Counted from the stretch's first letter, positions 36,142-46,209 are shown. The stretch: 64,000 nucleotides of DNA from Candidatus Daviesbacteria bacterium (GCA_016184225.1 JACPDA010000005.1:3590-67589), one strand, 5' to 3'. Notes: a model not told the origin generated them from the sequence alone. Numbers and translations: made by a program.

Positions 36142-37989
36142 ATGGTGAAAAAAAGAAAATCCTTAGGTCCTGGTTTTTCCGAAGAGGTGGTAAAAGTAAC
36201 GGTTAAAACTGGGCATTTTAAAAGATCGGAGTTTTCTCACTGGACTGATGTCCTTTTACCAAATTTTCGGCCCGATGAGCAGCAAACAGCCGAAAAGCCT
36301 GTTTGGAGGTTAATATTTTTTTCCGCCGTCTGTTTGGTATCTTTTTTTATTATATTTTTGCGGCTTTTTCACCTGCAGATAGTCCGAGGCAGTGAAAACA
36401 GAAGTTTGGCAGACGGAAACCGTGTTCAAGTTAAGGTAGTTCATGCCCCCCGCGGGGTGATCTACGACCGAAACGGAAAGATTTTGGCAGCCAATTCACC
36501 AGCCTTTCGTTTAAATGAGCAGAAAACAAATGGAGGCAAAGTCAGATTGGTGACAAGAGAAGAGGCTCTGGAGTGGGAAGTTAAGAAAGATCCCCGGTTT
36601 TTAGATTTGGAGGTTGATAATGTCAGGAATTACCCGTTAGGCGCCGCATTTGCTCATGTTTTGGGATTTTTAGGAGAGATTTCTAAGGAGCAACTTAAAG
36701 ATGATAAATTTAAGGGGTACCGTCAAGGGGATCAAATTGGCCAAATGGGGGTGGAGGCGCAGTACCAGGGAACCTTGCGCGGAGTAGATGGTGGTGAGAT
36801 TATCGAGGTGGATTCTTTAGGCCGAAAAGTCCGGACTTTAAGATTTAAGCCCTCTATCCCGGGACAAAATGTGTATTTGTCGATTGACGCCTCCTTGCAA
36901 GAGAGGCTTTTTGCTTTAATGCAAGAGGCTCTTCAAAAATCAGGTAGCTGTTGCGGCGGCGCAGTAGCCTTGGATCCCGGCAGTGGCAAGATTTTGGCGC
37001 TTGTATCGTTTCCTTCTTTTGACCCAAATTTGTTTACCCAAAATCCTGATGACAGTATCATTAGTGAGATTTTTTCCAGCGAAACTGCCCCGATCCTAAA
37101 CCGTATAATAGGAGGTACTTATCCGCCGGGTTCCACCTTTAAGATTGTCTCGTCCCTCGCTGCCTTGGCATCCGGTAAAGTAACTGAAAACACCACCTTT
37201 CAGGATAACGGGGTATTGTTTCTGGGGCCATACAAGTTTAGTAACTGGTACTTTAACCAATACGGAAAGGTAGAAGGTTCTGTTAATTTGTTAAAGGCGT
37301 TGCAGCGCTCAAACGATATTTATTTTTATGAAATCGCCAGGCTTATTGGGGAGAAGGCGCTGGTTGAATGGTCAAAGAAATTATATTTAGGAAAAAAACT
37401 TACAATTGATTTGCCGGGTGAGGATCAAGGATTGGTGCCGGATAATGAATGGAAAGAAAAAACTTTCGGACTGCCTTGGTATCCGGGAGACACACTGCAT
37501 ATGGCAATAGGACAGGGGTTTGTTTTGACCACGCCTTTGCAGATCTTGGGAATAACCTCCTATATTGCAGCTGATGGGGTTTTATATAAACCACAACTTC
37601 TTCTTTCCGGCAAGCCAAAGGTTTTAGTTTCCAATTTGTTTCCAAAAGAGAAGATTGATTTAGTAAAGAAAGGGTTAAAATTAGTTCCAAAAGCAGGTGG
37701 GACAGCCTGGCCGTTTTTCACCTTTCCTGTTGAAACAGCCGGCAAAACAGGGACAGCGGAGTATGGCGATCCAAAAAATAGAACTCATGCTTGGTACACT
37801 TCATTTGCCCCGGCTAATGATCCCAAGATTGCTTTAACGATTTTGATAGAAGGCGGAGGAGAAGGTTCTTCCGTGGCCGCCCCAATTGCCAAAGAATTAT
37901 ACCGATATTATTTTTCTCCGGATAAAAGTAAGCTGGTACAAGATGTTTATACTGTTGCTACAGAATCAGCTAAAAGTTTGGGGGAATAG
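36142..37989 (+). CDS. mrdA: Penicillin-binding protein 2
   Basis: 'APRGVIYDRNG', 'YPPGSTFK', 'SND', 'KTGTAE'. Confidence 0.93.
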   Translation: MVKKRKSLGPGFSEEVVKVTVKTGHFKRSEFSHWTDVLLPNFRPDEQQTAEKPVWRLIFFSAVCLVSFFIIFLRLFHLQIVRGSENRSLADGNRVQVKVVHAPRGVIYDRNGKILAANSPAFRLNEQKTNGGKVRLVTREEALEWEVKKDPRFLDLEVDNVRNYPLGAAFAHVLGFLGEISKEQLKDDKFKGYRQGDQIGQMGVEAQYQGTLRGVDGGEIIEVDSLGRKVRTLRFKPSIPGQNVYLSIDASLQERLFALMQEALQKSGSCCGGAVALDPGSGKILALVSFPSFDPNLFTQNPDDSIISEIFSSETAPILNRIIGGTYPPGSTFKIVSSLAALASGKVTENTTFQDNGVLFLGPYKFSNWYFNQYGKVEGSVNLLKALQRSNDIYFYEIARLIGEKALVEWSKKLYLGKKLTIDLPGEDQGLVPDNEWKEKTFGLPWYPGDTLHMAIGQGFVLTTPLQILGITSYIAADGVLYKPQLLLSGKPKVLVSNLFPKEKIDLVKKGLKLVPKAGGTAWPFFTFPVETAGKTGTAEYGDPKNRTHAWYTSFAPANDPKIALTILIEGGGEGSSVAAPIAKELYRYYFSPDKSKLVQDVYTVATESAKSLGE

Positions 37990-38064
37990 GAAAATCGCCT
38001 CTTGTTATTCTGATCCGCCAGCTGGCGGAGAAGAATCTCTCACGAATGTGAGATACTATGAGTA

Positions 38065-39147
38065 GTGAATAATATTCCGTATTTGTTGGCGCTTCATTCC
38101 ATTGATGGACTGGGGCCGATTAGGTTACGGGCCATTTTAGAATATTTTAAAGACCCGAAGCTGGCTTGGGAAGCAAATGAAAATGAGCTTCTGAAGCTGG
38201 GCATTTTTAGAAACACGGTTAATCTTTTGGTGGAAACCCGGAAAAAACTGGATCCGGAAACTTATGCCAAAAAGATTGCTGAAAGCGGTATAAAGTGGAT
38301 TACGATTTTTGATGAGGCTTACCCAAAATTATTAGCCCAAATCTATGATCCGCCGATAGTAATTTATTATAAAGGGGAGCCGGATTGGGATAAAAAAGCG
38401 ATCGGGGTGGTGGGAACCAGAAAAATAACTGGTTACGGTAAAGTTGTAACAGAGAAGTTTACAAAAGGCTTAAGTTTAGCCGGTTTAACTATTGTTTCCG
38501 GGTTGGCCCGGGGGGTAGATGCACAGGCACATTTGACAGCAGTCTCGGAGAATGGTAAGACAATTGCAGTAATGGGCGGAGGATTAAATAATATTTTTCC
38601 TCCGGAAAATAGGGGCCTGGCGGCAAAAATTGCAGATAACTTTGGAGCAGTTATTTCCGAGTTTCCGCCAAATTATCCATCACTCCCAGGGAATTTCCCG
38701 GCAAGGAACAGGATTATATCGGGACTATCTTTGGGAGTTTTGGTGATTGAAGCGGCAGAAGATTCCGGGTCGCTTATTACTGCTAGGCTTGCTTTAGAGC
38801 AGGGTCGTGAAGTTTTTGCTGTTCCCGGTCCAATTACTTCTGATTTGTCAAAAGGTCCGATTGATCTGATTCGGGAGGGGGCGAGGATCGTATTTAGTCC
38901 GGAAGAGATTTTGGAAGAGTTGGGAATTAATAGAGTCAAGAGTCTAGAGTCAAGAGTCAAGAACGAAAGGGATCTTTCGGAAGAAGAAAGACAAATCTTG
39001 GAAGTTTTAGAAAACGAGAGCAGACATATTGATGAGATTGGCAGACAGTTAAATTTTCCTTCCCCAAAAATTTCTGCTTTGCTACTGAAAATGGAGATTT
39101 CAGGACTTGTAGAGAGCATGGGTGCTGGGATATACTGCAAGAAGTAA
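38065..39147 (+). CDS. dprA: DNA-processing protein DprA
   Basis: 'VVGTRK', 'VSGLARGVDA', 'FPARNRIISGLS'. Confidence 0.96.
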   Translation: MNNIPYLLALHSIDGLGPIRLRAILEYFKDPKLAWEANENELLKLGIFRNTVNLLVETRKKLDPETYAKKIAESGIKWITIFDEAYPKLLAQIYDPPIVIYYKGEPDWDKKAIGVVGTRKITGYGKVVTEKFTKGLSLAGLTIVSGLARGVDAQAHLTAVSENGKTIAVMGGGLNNIFPPENRGLAAKIADNFGAVISEFPPNYPSLPGNFPARNRIISGLSLGVLVIEAAEDSGSLITARLALEQGREVFAVPGPITSDLSKGPIDLIREGARIVFSPEEILEELGINRVKSLESRVKNERDLSEEERQILEVLENESRHIDEIGRQLNFPSPKISALLLKMEISGLVESMGAGIYCKK

Positions 39148-39166
39148 CTGCAACCAACAATTAATT

Positions 39167-39517
39167 ATGCCCAAACTAATCCTGTTTCTGATTGCTTTAA
39201 TTGTTGTTATCTTAACCGCTATCTTTACACTTATCTTCAATAATGCAGCACTGAAATCAACTTCTAAAAGTGAAATTGATACTGCTGTTAATCAAGCTCA
39301 ACATGTTTACCGTCAAAGGAAGAAAGTGAGTGAAGATTTCTCAACCGGCCCTTGTCTTTCAGATGCTTTAATGCCCGGGTGGGTGGCTGATATTGCCCAC
39401 AGTCCCCGCTTGCCTACCGACGACCTGCCGGAAAACCAATGCCCGGCATACCTGGAGGGAAGGGCAGAACATTTTGTAGAGCTTGATACAGAGGGGAATT
39501 TAATCAGAGCAAGATAG
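39167..39517 (+). CDS. Hypothetical membrane-anchored protein
   Basis: N-terminal TM; 'GPCLS...WVADIAHSPR...NQC'. Confidence 0.7.
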   Translation: MPKLILFLIALIVVILTAIFTLIFNNAALKSTSKSEIDTAVNQAQHVYRQRKKVSEDFSTGPCLSDALMPGWVADIAHSPRLPTDDLPENQCPAYLEGRAEHFVELDTEGNLIRAR

Positions 39518-39586
39518 AGTCAAGAGTCTAGAATCTAGAGTCTAGGAAAAAATTACTTGACTCTAGACTCTAGCGACTAGTCACTA
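39515..39586. mobile_element. Gene-less inverted heptamer element (family B)
   Basis: tagagtcaagagtctagaatctagagtctagg-aaaaaatta-cttgactctagactctagcgactagtcacta; fills exactly from the upstream TAG to the next ATG. Confidence 0.85.
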
Positions 39587-42099
39587 TGAAATACCTAACA
39601 CTGCCAATTAGTTTATTAAAATTTTGGTATCCGGACTCGTTTGCCTTTTTTATCCGGACCTGGAAAAATTTAATGCTCTTTTTAGAAGAGGATTTGGCAG
39701 TGGGACTCATGTGGAAGCTGCTTTTTACTCCGCTTTTTCATGACTGCTCGTTTGTGGGTAGAGTTTTGAGCCTGATATTTCGTTTAAGCAGGATTCTGCT
39801 GGGGCTTTTTGCTTTTGGGATCGTTACTGGAGTCCTGCTTTTGATAGGGGGTTATTGGTTAATACTGCCGGTACTGGCATTTACAGATACCCCTCACATT
39901 TTAAGCCGAGTATTGTTTTTTAGTGGCTTAGGCTTATTTTTCCTGGATATAGTCTTCAGTCCCCATAAGAAAATCTGGCAAATTGGTAAAAGTGCTGAAG
40001 ATCTTTGGAGGGCCTCATTAGTTAAACCGGAGAACTTAAACTTTAAAAAACTTTTGGAAAGCCGGGAAGTAGCAGATCTTTTATCTAATCTGGAAATTCA
40101 ACTAAATGGTTTTCCGGATTTTGAAATTGCCGATCCGGAGGAGGTGGCAAAGAAGGCTCTGGAGTTGGGTAAGCTTTACGGCAGTGAATATTTGCGTCCG
40201 ACCCATTTTTTTGTGGCTGCCCTTTCTGAGTTTCCCCACATTGATACCTATTTAACCAAGCTGGAACTTACACCGGATGATTTTAAACAGGCTTTAATGT
40301 ATCTGGAAAAGAAAAAAAATACCTGGAGAAGGGTATACATCTGGGACGGCGATTTTACGATCCGTCACTTAAAAGGAACTAATCGGGGATGGTTGGGAGT
40401 GCCGACACCAAATTTGGATCTAGTCAGCGTTGATTTAACAAAGGAAGCTAGCTCGAAAGGTTTTCCTGATTTAGTTCGCGAGCAGGACGTTTTGAAAGAA
40501 ATTGTCAACATTTTGTCCCAAACTAGCAGTAAAAATGTGATTTTGGTGGGACCACCTGGCTCCGGTAAAACAGCCACCTTGCGATATTTGGCAAAACTAA
40601 TACTGATTGGAGATGCGCCGGATGCTCTGGCTACCAAAAGAATTATCCTTTTGGATTTAACGAAGCTTTTATCAGGGATCAAAACTCAAGGGGAACTAGC
40701 TGAGCGGATTAAGGTAGTTTTTGAAGAAATAGGCTTTGCCCAAAATGTCATTATCGCCATAGAAGAGATTCATGAGCTGGGGATGGGTGAGGCAGGAGGC
40801 AGTTTAAATCTATATTCACTAATGCAGCCATACCTTGAATCTGATACTTTTCAATTTATCGGGACTACGGAAACGGAAAATTACAGTAGAATTTTAGAAA
40901 AAAATGGCAGTTTCAGCAGGCTTTTTATCAAGGTGGAGATCCTGCCGGCCACTGTAAATGATACTCTTAAAATCTTAGAAGACAGGGCGATTGAGGCAGA
41001 AAGAAAGAACAAAGTTAAAGTTACCTTTATAGCTTTAAAGACTGCAGTGGCACTTTCCCAGAAATTGATTCATGATCGTGTTTTACCGGATTCCGCCATC
41101 AGTGTTTTAAAAGAGGCTTTAACGCAACCCGTCAACAGATGGGTGACGAAGGAGGTCGTCAGAAGAGTTATTTCCCAAAGGGTTAAAGTTCCTTTAATGG
41201 AGGTAGGGACTGTTGATAAAAATAAGTTACTTAATTTGGAAGATGAAATACACCAGCGGTTAATCGACCAAGAGCAGGCGGTTAAAGCTGTAGCTGATAC
41301 CCTGCGGCGTTCTGTAACCGGCCTTCGTGAAGAGAGAAGACCGATCGGGTCATTTTTGTTTGTTGGCCCGACCGGAGTTGGTAAAACAGAGCTGGCTAAA
41401 ACTTTATCGGAAGTGTACTTCAAAGGAGCGGGTGCCTTCATCAGATTTGATATGTCTGAATATCAAAACAGTGAGTCAGTGAGTCGGTTGATTGGTGGGT
41501 CAGGGGAGGAAGGACAGTTAACAGAGGATATCAGGCAGCGGCCGTATGCATTACTGCTTTTGGATGAGTTTGAAAAAGCAGATGCTAAAATCTTAACTTT
41601 ATTTTTACAGGTTTTAGAAGACGGCAGATTAACTGATGCCGGGGGCCGGACAGTAGATTTTACCAATGCGATTATTATTGCTACTTCAAATGCCGGCAGT
41701 TTAACCATTGCCCAAGGTTTAGAACAGGGTCGGACCCTGGCGCAGATGGATAAACAGGTTAATGACGAGCTTCTCAAAGTTTTTAAACCGGAGCTGGTTA
41801 ATAGGTTTGATGCGGTAGTACTGTTTAAGCCGCTGTCTTCGGAAGACCTGCAAAAAATTGTGGCAATCAAACTCTCCGCTTTGCAAGCCCAGATGAAAGA
41901 AAAAGGGTATTTGGTGGAATTTGATCCCGGCTTGGTGGCAGAGTTTGCTAAAAGAGGCTTTGACCCGGTGATGGGAGCCCGCCCCATGCGCCGCCTGCTG
42001 CAAGATACCCTGGAAGCCAAACTTTCCAAATTAATTCTGCAGAATGAGCTTGTAAAGGGTCAACCTTTTCAAGCTACAGTGGATTTACTTTCTGCATAG
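39586..42099 (+). CDS. ClpA/B/C-like double AAA+ ATPase with N-terminal TM segments
   Basis: 'GPPGSGKT', 'GPTGVGKTELAK', 'RFDMSEY', 'LLDEFEKA', 'GARPMRR'. Confidence 0.88.
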   Translation: MKYLTLPISLLKFWYPDSFAFFIRTWKNLMLFLEEDLAVGLMWKLLFTPLFHDCSFVGRVLSLIFRLSRILLGLFAFGIVTGVLLLIGGYWLILPVLAFTDTPHILSRVLFFSGLGLFFLDIVFSPHKKIWQIGKSAEDLWRASLVKPENLNFKKLLESREVADLLSNLEIQLNGFPDFEIADPEEVAKKALELGKLYGSEYLRPTHFFVAALSEFPHIDTYLTKLELTPDDFKQALMYLEKKKNTWRRVYIWDGDFTIRHLKGTNRGWLGVPTPNLDLVSVDLTKEASSKGFPDLVREQDVLKEIVNILSQTSSKNVILVGPPGSGKTATLRYLAKLILIGDAPDALATKRIILLDLTKLLSGIKTQGELAERIKVVFEEIGFAQNVIIAIEEIHELGMGEAGGSLNLYSLMQPYLESDTFQFIGTTETENYSRILEKNGSFSRLFIKVEILPATVNDTLKILEDRAIEAERKNKVKVTFIALKTAVALSQKLIHDRVLPDSAISVLKEALTQPVNRWVTKEVVRRVISQRVKVPLMEVGTVDKNKLLNLEDEIHQRLIDQEQAVKAVADTLRRSVTGLREERRPIGSFLFVGPTGVGKTELAKTLSEVYFKGAGAFIRFDMSEYQNSESVSRLIGGSGEEGQLTEDIRQRPYALLLLDEFEKADAKILTLFLQVLEDGRLTDAGGRTVDFTNAIIIATSNAGSLTIAQGLEQGRTLAQMDKQVNDELLKVFKPELVNRFDAVVLFKPLSSEDLQKIVAIKLSALQAQMKEKGYLVEFDPGLVAEFAKRGFDPVMGARPMRRLLQDTLEAKLSKLILQNELVKGQPFQATVDLLSA

Positions 42100-42158
42100 A
42101 TCTTTCAGATACACCCCATAGTTTGATTTCTCCACGCTTCCTTGCTATAATTCACTCT

Positions 42159-42728
42159 ATGAATTGTGAATATAGTGGTAAAAAAGTCATTGTTGAAATT
42201 GGACCAGGAGATGCACCAGTCCTAGATTCTTTTCGTGAAGTTACAAGCCGAGTCGCAGGTGGAACAGCAAAGTATCTTGCTATAGATAAGTATAAACCTC
42301 GTGACTCTCTACTTAGGCCAAAATTGTTTGTCCAAGGTGCGATAAGCTCTATTCCTTTATTATCTGACACAGTAGACGAGCTCTGGTTGATGAATGTTTT
42401 TGCTGTGTTACGCTTGAAGGACGACTTTGATTGTTCTCCAGTTAGAAATCAGAGTGGTATTTCCTCGCAGGATCGACATTACTTGGGTGAACTGGCCCGT
42501 GTTACAAAATTAGGTGGAATAATAAATATTGGAGAATACTACAATCCTGATATTGTAAAATGGCTAATGGAGATTGACTATAAGGATTTTGCATTAGAAA
42601 AAACAGTTTTTACAGACGTTAACCTTGCGGAATTTCTTAAAAAGTATCAAATGATACCAGAACGCGTGTCATTATTCTTTAAACCCCCGTATCCAGACAC
42701 TTTCTTCATGACCCTCACAAAAGTATGA
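42159..42728 (+). CDS. Putative SAM-dependent methyltransferase
   Basis: 'IVEIGPG', 'ELARVTKLGG'. Confidence 0.6.
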   Translation: MNCEYSGKKVIVEIGPGDAPVLDSFREVTSRVAGGTAKYLAIDKYKPRDSLLRPKLFVQGAISSIPLLSDTVDELWLMNVFAVLRLKDDFDCSPVRNQSGISSQDRHYLGELARVTKLGGIINIGEYYNPDIVKWLMEIDYKDFALEKTVFTDVNLAEFLKKYQMIPERVSLFFKPPYPDTFFMTLTKV

Positions 42729-42923
42729 TTGATCGGGTTTTGTAATCGTTTTATAACTTCGGGAGTTGCAGGCTGAGTTGCAGGCTAAATTCCCCTTTTA
42801 TATCATTTCATGATGCGGTCGTACACTAAATTGGTTTGGTACAGACTTTAGCGTTTTGTAACGATCGTTAAGTTTTAGTAAAGTTTTCTTGGCCTGTTTT
42901 GTTAAAAATGCTATGCTAGAGTA

Positions 42924-43352
42924 GTGAAGAAAATAATTTTCCTCTTAGGAATACTGGCAGTTTTTGTACCAATAACTGTTTTTGCGGTCACAACTTCTGG
43001 AACAAGTCCAGAGATTCTTCGCTCCGCTCAGAATGACAAAGGGGGGTTAAATTCCTTATACCAAATAAACCAAAAAGTTTGTGACAGGTTTGAAACAGAC
43101 ATATTAAAGCTGGCGGCAATTATGGAAGAACTTAGAAGAAGAAAAGGAATTACGGAAACCAGGGTGGCTTTTGGGGGGACAGATACCCCGATTAAAAACG
43201 CTGATTATTGGGTGACTTACAGCGCAGAAGCGCTGGCCTTTCAACGGGCCCAAAAATATTCTTCCCAGGCCAGTTTGAGAAGCAGTTTGGAAGTTTTAAA
43301 AAATAAAATCTTAAGAGCTAAGAGTGAAGTAGGAAGGGCATTAAATGAATAA
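42924..43352 (+). CDS. Hypothetical secreted protein
   Basis: Signal peptide; contains repeat-derived 'EILRSAQND'. Confidence 0.65.
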   Translation: MKKIIFLLGILAVFVPITVFAVTTSGTSPEILRSAQNDKGGLNSLYQINQKVCDRFETDILKLAAIMEELRRRKGITETRVAFGGTDTPIKNADYWVTYSAEALAFQRAQKYSSQASLRSSLEVLKNKILRAKSEVGRALNE

Positions 43353-43605
43353 AAACAAAATACTGACGATCGTGATAGTTTTGTTGTTATTAGTTATATT
43401 ATTGACGATCGTTAGATATTTGTCTAATCAGAATGGGTTACTGATAAATCCCGGAGTTAAAAAAGCAACCGGGCAATCAACAGTGCAGCCATCAACTCCT
43501 GCCTACAATCCTCCCAAAGAAGTTAAATATGATGGCAGTACTGATTTACAAAAAGAACTGGATTCTATCGAGCCACAAGTTTTGGACAGCGATTTTCAGG
43601 ATTAA
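43345..43605 (+). CDS. Hypothetical membrane-anchored protein
   Basis: N-terminal TM helix. Confidence 0.6.
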   Translation: MNKNKILTIVIVLLLLVILLTIVRYLSNQNGLLINPGVKKATGQSTVQPSTPAYNPPKEVKYDGSTDLQKELDSIEPQVLDSDFQD

Positions 43606-43688
43606 AGATTTGACGACCTCCATATAATGGATCTTGCATTCGCAAGAGATTCTTCGTTACACTCGTAAGTGACAACAAAGAAAAGTTT

Positions 43689-45839
43689 ATGACTAATTTA
43701 GTAATTGTGGAATCACCTACAAAAGCAAGAACACTGCAAAGATTTCTGGGTGATAAATATCAAATTGAAGCTTCCATGGGGCATGTCAGGGACCTGCCCA
43801 AGTCTGAGCTGGGAGTGGATGTGGATAAAAACTTTGAGCCCCAGTATATTATCCCCCGCGATAAGAAAAAAAGGGTAAATGAGCTAAAAAAAGTGGCAAA
43901 GACAGCAGATACCCTTTGGCTGGCTACAGATCCTGATCGGGAAGGTGAGGCGATCGCCTGGCATTTGTCAGAATTGCTGCGCAATTCTGAAGTGAAAAGT
44001 GCAAAGTGCAAAGTGCAAAGTGGGGAAACAGATATTAAAAGAGTAGTGTTTCATGAGATTACAGAACAAGCCATTAAGGAAGCCTTTGAGAATCCCAGAA
44101 GTATCGATCTAAAGCTGGTCGATGCCCAGCAAGCCAGAAGGGTACTGGACAGGTTGGTAGGTTATAAACTTTCTCCCTTGCTATGGGAAAAAGTTAAAAG
44201 AGGGTTGTCTGCCGGAAGAGTGCAATCCGTGGCCCTGCGGCTGATAGTGGAAAGAGAAAGGGAAGTTGTTGCTTTTAAGGCAGAGGAGTATTGGAATATT
44301 GAGGTAGAGCTGGAAGGTAACAGTGGACAGGCAACAGGCGACAGTTTCATTGCCACTTTAATAGAGCAAAACGGCAAGAAACTGGAAATCGGCAGTAAAG
44401 AGGAAGCAGATGGGCATGTTAAAAATTTGGAAAAAGCGCAGTATCAAGTTTCTAAGGTTACCCAAAGAGAGGTTCGCCGTTTCCCTTATCCGCCGTTTAC
44501 CACTTCAACTATGCAGCAGGCGGCAGCAAATAAACTTGGAATGTCTGCCAAAAAAACCATGATGCTCGCCCAAGCTTTGTATGAACACGGGTTGATTACC
44601 TACATGAGGACAGATTCTGTTAATTTATCCTCTCAGGCAATCGGAGCAGTAAGAGACTATATTGGAAATTTTATTGGCAAACCTTATTTGCCAAGTGTGG
44701 CCAGGGTTTTTAAGTCTAAATCCAAAAATGCCCAGGAAGCGCATGAGGCGATCAGGGTCACAGACGTCAGTCGTCAGTCGTCAGTCGTCAGACAAATTTC
44801 AAGTATGAATAAAGATCATGCCCGGCTTTATGAGCTGATTTGGAAAAGGTTTGTGGCTTGTCAAATGAATGAGGCGGTGATAGATCAGACCACGGTGGAT
44901 GTGAGTGCCGGCAACAATGTCATTCTGGGGACGAAAGAAGTGAGGACTCCAGAATCTTTAAGGAAGGATTCTGGACAAGCCAGAATGACATGCAACTATC
45001 TCCTTCGGGCAACCGGTAGTGTAATTAAGTTCGATGGCTGGTTAAAGCTATATGGCAAGGGTACAGGTGACAGTGAACAGGGGACAGAAGAAGATAAAGA
45101 AAAAATACTGCCGAAACTTGCAGAAAAAGAGCCGCTTAACCTGATTCAGCTTTTACCAGGCCAGCATTTTACAGAACCTCCCCCGAGATATAATGAGGCT
45201 TCTTTGATTAAAAAACTGGAGGAACTGGGGATTGGCCGGCCTTCTACTTATGCGCCGATTTTATCTACCATTCAGGAGCGGTTTTATGTGGAAAAATTGG
45301 AGAGAAAATTTATTCCAACCTCACTGGGTACAACTGTCATTGATTTTTTGATGGAGTATTTTGCGGATATTATTGACTATGCTTTTACCGCTCAAATGGA
45401 GGATGAGCTGGATGAGATAGCCAGGGGGGAAAGGCAGTGGCGCCCAACCATTAAAACGTTTTATGAACCATTTGAGAAAAAGTTGATTGAGACGGAAAAG
45501 AAAGCTAAAAAAGTGAAAATGGAAGTAGAGTTTGCTGGTAAAAAGTGTCCTGAGTGCGGGAAAGAGCTGATTGTCAGAATTGGCAAGTTTGGCAAGTTCC
45601 TGGCTTGTTCCGGTTTTCCGGAGTGCAAGCATACGGAATCTTTGGAAGAAAAAATTAATGCCAAGTGTCCGGATGACGGTGGGGATATTGTGGTCAGGCA
45701 TACCAAAAGAGGAAAAACTTTTTACGGCTGCAAAAACTGGCCGGTCTGCAAATTTGCTTCTTGGACAAAACCCAAGACAGGCAACAGTGCGCAGGCGACA
45801 GGCGACAGTAACACAGACAGCAAAAATGAGAACGCATAA
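43689..45839 (+). CDS. topA: DNA topoisomerase I
   Basis: 'LVIVESPTKA', 'ATDPDREGEAI', 'SAGRVQS', 'LITYMRTDS', Zn ribbons. Confidence 0.98.
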   Translation: MTNLVIVESPTKARTLQRFLGDKYQIEASMGHVRDLPKSELGVDVDKNFEPQYIIPRDKKKRVNELKKVAKTADTLWLATDPDREGEAIAWHLSELLRNSEVKSAKCKVQSGETDIKRVVFHEITEQAIKEAFENPRSIDLKLVDAQQARRVLDRLVGYKLSPLLWEKVKRGLSAGRVQSVALRLIVEREREVVAFKAEEYWNIEVELEGNSGQATGDSFIATLIEQNGKKLEIGSKEEADGHVKNLEKAQYQVSKVTQREVRRFPYPPFTTSTMQQAAANKLGMSAKKTMMLAQALYEHGLITYMRTDSVNLSSQAIGAVRDYIGNFIGKPYLPSVARVFKSKSKNAQEAHEAIRVTDVSRQSSVVRQISSMNKDHARLYELIWKRFVACQMNEAVIDQTTVDVSAGNNVILGTKEVRTPESLRKDSGQARMTCNYLLRATGSVIKFDGWLKLYGKGTGDSEQGTEEDKEKILPKLAEKEPLNLIQLLPGQHFTEPPPRYNEASLIKKLEELGIGRPSTYAPILSTIQERFYVEKLERKFIPTSLGTTVIDFLMEYFADIIDYAFTAQMEDELDEIARGERQWRPTIKTFYEPFEKKLIETEKKAKKVKMEVEFAGKKCPECGKELIVRIGKFGKFLACSGFPECKHTESLEEKINAKCPDDGGDIVVRHTKRGKTFYGCKNWPVCKFASWTKPKTGNSAQATGDSNTDSKNENA
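44918..44990. repeat. TGTCATTCTG...CAGAATGACA palindromic element within topA
   Basis: Encodes VILGTKEVRTPESLRKDSGQARMT; related to 24613-24675. Confidence 0.8.
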
Positions 45840-46209
45840 AGATCTAACTGTTTGGCAGAAGTCCATGGATCTTGTAGAGAAAATCTATAAAATAACAAAC
45901 AATCTGCCTAGATCTGAATTATCCGGACTTATATCACAAATGCAGCGTTCTGCTGTCGCTATTCCATCAAATATTGCGGAAGGTGCCAAGCGAGAACATA
46001 GAGCAGAATATATTCAATTCCTTTCTATAGCTAACGGGTCTGCTTCAGAATTAGAAACACAACTTATCCTTACCAGTAAATTGTATCCTAACTTCAAGAT
46101 CGAGGTTAAAGATGCAATGATTGTTCTAGATGAAATATTAAAGATGCTTTATTCTTTGATGAAATCTTTAAAGAACTAACTGTTGCCTGTAGCCTACTGC
46201 CTGTAACCT
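45776..46209. mobile_element. Four-helix-bundle cassette with inverted heptamer arms (family F, ACAGGCR/YGCCTGT)
   Basis: Left gacaggcaacagtgcgcaggcgacaggcgacag; right actgttgcctgtagcctactgcctgtaacct. Confidence 0.65.
45826..46179 (+). CDS. Four helix bundle protein (IVS/Avd-like)
   Basis: Start ATG 45826: 'MRTHKDLTVWQKSM...SQMQRSAVAIPSNIAEG...ANGSASELETQ'. Confidence 0.92.
   Translation: MRTHKDLTVWQKSMDLVEKIYKITNNLPRSELSGLISQMQRSAVAIPSNIAEGAKREHRAEYIQFLSIANGSASELETQLILTSKLYPNFKIEVKDAMIVLDEILKMLYSLMKSLKN

Noticed and set aside
43363-43413. Two tgacgatcgt cores resembling the PaaX repeat
   Set aside because: Both encode 'LTIV' in a TM helix and lack the flanking repeat similarity.
45571-45825. 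N-terminal extension of the 202-aa ORF at 45571
   Set aside because: It overlaps topA out of frame; the family-like sequence begins at ATG 45826.
12965-46179. Diversity-generating retroelement suggested by Avd-like proteins
   Set aside because: No reverse transcriptase and no TR/VR pair with adenine-specific mismatches seen.
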